A stretch of 64,000 nt of DNA from Candidatus Poribacteria bacterium (GTDB lineage Bacteria; Poribacteria; WGA-4E; PCPOR2b), in the NCBI GenBank assembly GCA_965215015.1, contig OZ244042.1:5536001-5600000 (forward strand). Direction: 5' to 3'. The position numbers and the translations under genes are program-made. Under the pieces are notes generated by a model. The model searched no databases, was not told the DNA's origin, and saw nothing but the letters and a program-made list of their open reading frames with translations. Positions 61,397 through 64,000 of the stretch are shown here, one piece after another (within the stretch, counting starts at the first letter, position 1; the number at the start of each line of letters is the position of its first letter).

Positions 61397-61954
61397 TTAG
61401 ACCCTCTCTACATATGTTCCTGTACGGGTATCCACCTTGATTGTCGTACCATTTTTGACAAATAAGGGTACTTGGACGACCCCACCTGTTTCCAGCGTTG
61501 CTGGCTTTGACCCGCCACTAGCAGTATCGCCGCGTAAGCCGGGGTCTGTGTCAACAATTTTAAGTTCGACAAATGTCGGTAATTCGATTGTCACTGGGGT
61601 ATTTTGGTCAACTTTGACCCGGATTGTTTCTCCTTCCTTGAGAAACTTCATTCCATCGTTCATGAGATTTTCCGGTAGCCCGTGTTGCTCAAAAGTTTCG
61701 TTGTCCATGAAGTACAATAGTGTTCCATCACTATACATATATTGCATATCACGTTCTTCAAGGCGAACGGTTTCAATCGTGTCTTTTGAACGAAAGGTCC
61801 GATCGATAACTGCTCCGTCGGCGACCCGCTTGAGTTTAGTACGAGCAAATGCACCCCCTTTGCCGGGCTTAACATGTTGACAAGCGGTGATAGTATACAT
61901 AACGTTATCGAGTCGGATAACTAAACCGTTTCGTAAGTCATTGAGTGCTGCCAT
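61397..61954 (-). CDS. efp: Elongation factor P
   Basis: HVKPGKGGAF, GDTASGGSKPATLETG, VPLFV. Confidence 0.98.
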   Translation of the reverse strand: MAALNDLRNGLVIRLDNVMYTITACQHVKPGKGGAFARTKLKRVADGAVIDRTFRSKDTIETVRLEERDMQYMYSDGTLLYFMDNETFEQHGLPENLMNDGMKFLKEGETIRVKVDQNTPVTIELPTFVELKIVDTDPGLRGDTASGGSKPATLETGGVVQVPLFVKNGTTIKVDTRTGTYVERV

Positions 61955-62026
61955 AAAATTCTCCTTTTTCTACTTTTCAGAAATAGGTTTCCAAACTTTT
62001 CTCTTATTGGATTCTCCTTAAATCTA

Positions 62027-62467
62027 TCAAGCTGATTGTTGCAAAATCTGAATCATCGCGTCCAATGCCAACTCATAACCATGCGCCCCAAATCCACAAA
62101 TTACGCCGACAGCGATAGGGGAAATGTAAGAATGCTGGCGAAAAGATTCTCGGGTGTGCACATTGGAGAGATGGATCTCAACAACAGGAAGATTAATCGC
62201 AGACAGGGCATCCCGGATTGCAACGCTTGTATGCGTGTAAGCGGCAGGATTGATGATGACACCATCCGCCCAATCGATATTATCCCCAATGGATGAGACA
62301 ATTTCACCTTCGGAATTTGCCTGAAAGATTTTGAGATTAACACCCCGTCCCGAACAGATTTTGATCAGGTGTAAATTGATGTCTTCTAGCGTCTGGCTGC
62401 CGTAAATTTCTGGCTGTCGTCTTCCCAATAGTTGGAGGTTGGGGCCGTGAATCAATAAGATGTTCAT
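62027..62467 (-). CDS. aroQ: Type II 3-dehydroquinate dehydratase
   Basis: HGPNL..LGRRQPEIYG, INPAAYTHTS, EIHLSN. Confidence 0.97.
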   Translation of the reverse strand: MNILLIHGPNLQLLGRRQPEIYGSQTLEDINLHLIKICSGRGVNLKIFQANSEGEIVSSIGDNIDWADGVIINPAAYTHTSVAIRDALSAINLPVVEIHLSNVHTRESFRQHSYISPIAVGVICGFGAHGYELALDAMIQILQQSA

Positions 62468-62471
62468 ATAG

Positions 62472-63011
62472 TCAATTCTTCTTTACATCCGCTCGTCTCG
62501 AGAGGAGGCTCTGTTGGAATATCTCTACAATTTTATCTGTGACTGCTCTGATTGATAGGCCTGTGGTTGGAATATCGTGATCGGCGCGAGCGTAAAAGGG
62601 GCGACGTTCTATAAGCATTTGCTCAATTTTGCCCAATGGATTGGGGTCTTGCAGCAACGGCCGGTGCGTTTCACTCCCAACGCGCCGCCAGATCTCCTCT
62701 GGCGTTGCTGTCAAACAGAAGACAATGCCGTTGCGCTTGAGCATCTCCAAATTTGATTCTCGAAGGACAACCCCGCCGCCCGTTGAGATTACATGATTCT
62801 CTAAATTTGCCGCCTTGCGAATAGCTGCGCCCTCTAAATCCCTGAAGTGTGCTTCTCCATACCGAGCGAAGATGTCAGGGATAGCCATCCCGCTATCCTC
62901 TCCTATTATATCGTCCGTATCGATTATCGACATCCCCAGACGCTGGGCGAGTTTCTGCCCGACTGAGGTTTTGCCAGTTCCCATGAAACCAACCAAGACG
63001 ATATTTGGCAC
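62472..63011 (-). CDS. aroK: Shikimate kinase
   Basis: GFMGTGKT, FRDLE, STGGG, RPLL. GTG start after GGGGAG. Confidence 0.95.
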   Translation of the reverse strand: MPNIVLVGFMGTGKTSVGQKLAQRLGMSIIDTDDIIGEDSGMAIPDIFARYGEAHFRDLEGAAIRKAANLENHVISTGGGVVLRESNLEMLKRNGIVFCLTATPEEIWRRVGSETHRPLLQDPNPLGKIEQMLIERRPFYARADHDIPTTGLSIRAVTDKIVEIFQQSLLSRRADVKKN

Positions 63012-63154
63012 GAATTCTCCCCACCCCGTAAGGGTATTAGTATACATATATTCTAACCAATTGTAAAGCAATTCTTTGCCCGGTATGGAAGGCTATATCG
63101 CCGTTAATCAGATTGGCGATTCGGCTTTAGGAATGCCATCTTTCACGCAGCAAA

Positions 63155-64000
63155 TTACATTGACTGAAAGAAGTCAGCCAAGTCCTTGCCGTGTGTCCTT
63201 GCATTGACCTGTTTATCGAGTTTGATAATCTGTCCGTTTTTGTCGATGACAACCGTTATACGACTGCTCAAACCGTCTGGTTTGTCCGTCGCGCCGAAAA
63301 GCAAACTAATGTGGCGTCCTGTATCCACAAGCAATGGAAAGTTAAGGTTATTCTGTTCAGCAAACTCCTTGTGAGATGCTGCATCTTGTACGCTAATTGC
63401 GAAGACTTGCGTATCATGTTCGGCAAATACACTCGACTCATCCCGGAGCGAGCAGACCTCTGCCGTTCAGCCGCCGGTGAAATCTTTGGGATAGAAGGCT
63501 AGCACAACGTTCTTTTTCCCTTTGAAGCTGCTGAGTTGATAGGTGTTACCGTCCTGATCAGAAGCGATGAAGTCTGGTGAAGGTTGCCCGACCTGAATTG
63601 GGCCCGGAATGTTTTCCTTGATTAGCTTGACGAGATCTTCGCCATGCGTTTCCGTGTTTACGGCTCGATCTATAACACGAATATATCCCGCCTTGTCAAT
63701 AACAAAGGTTGATCGATTGGAAGCCTGAAACTTTTCCATAATGCCGCTATAGATTTTGCTGACCACAAATTCCGTGTCGGCGAGTAGAGGGAACCCAAAC
63801 TTCTCCTCCTCTTGGAATTTTTTATGAGAGGCTTCATCATCAACGCTGACCCCCAAAAGGACCGTATCTGTCGCCTGAATTTGGCTCAACTCATCCCGGA
63901 GCGAGCGGAGTTCTGTCGTTCAGCCGCCAGTGAAGTCTTTGGGGTAAAATGCCAAAACGACATTCTTTTTTCCTAGATAATCGCGTAGGCTATGAGCGAT
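63155..64000 (-). CDS. Tandem-domain BCP/PrxQ-type peroxiredoxin, putative double selenoprotein (5' end outside window)
   Basis: One frame across two TGA codons (63920-63922, 63467-63469), each in FYPKDFTGG-U-T, the peroxidatic Cys position. Prx-like sequence continues after each, to TAA at 63155. Confidence 0.9.

Overview
64 kb of bacterial chromosome. The gene content suggests Candidatus Poribacteria (inference): three PhyH dioxygenases, a Gfo/Idh/MocA enzyme, a decayed PNPFNPETWIPY-type C-terminal sorting domain and many GTAG-type intergenic palindromes. Housekeeping genes include type-E SDH subunits and fumC, aapJQMP, rqcH, a xanthine-dehydrogenase-family trio, rlmB, ilvD, rsgA and aroK-aroQ-efp-accB. 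Three items stand out. (1) A ~10 kb co-oriented cluster (3.2-13.1 kb) carries six copies of the small BchB/ChlB C-terminal (PCP_red-like) domain across four different proteins: a tandem-USP/rubredoxin protein, a Zn-ribbon protein, an AhbD-like radical SAM enzyme and a coiled-coil protein. An Mrp/NBP35 ATPase, a second USP and a His-containing membrane protein complete it, and methyltransferase/restriction cassettes interrupt it twice. (2) A tandem peroxiredoxin at the right edge has two in-frame UGA codons at its catalytic positions, each followed by the same putative SECIS. (3) An amidohydrolase pair plus Rieske protein resembles the AibH1H2/AibG and PtmU3 dinuclear oxygenases. Also present: orphan BrxF- and PglZ-like genes, a decayed R-M/TA islet, a gene flanked by duplicated neighbouring gene ends, and MITE-like elements carrying REPs. 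All family calls come from motif recognition by eye; no searches were run.
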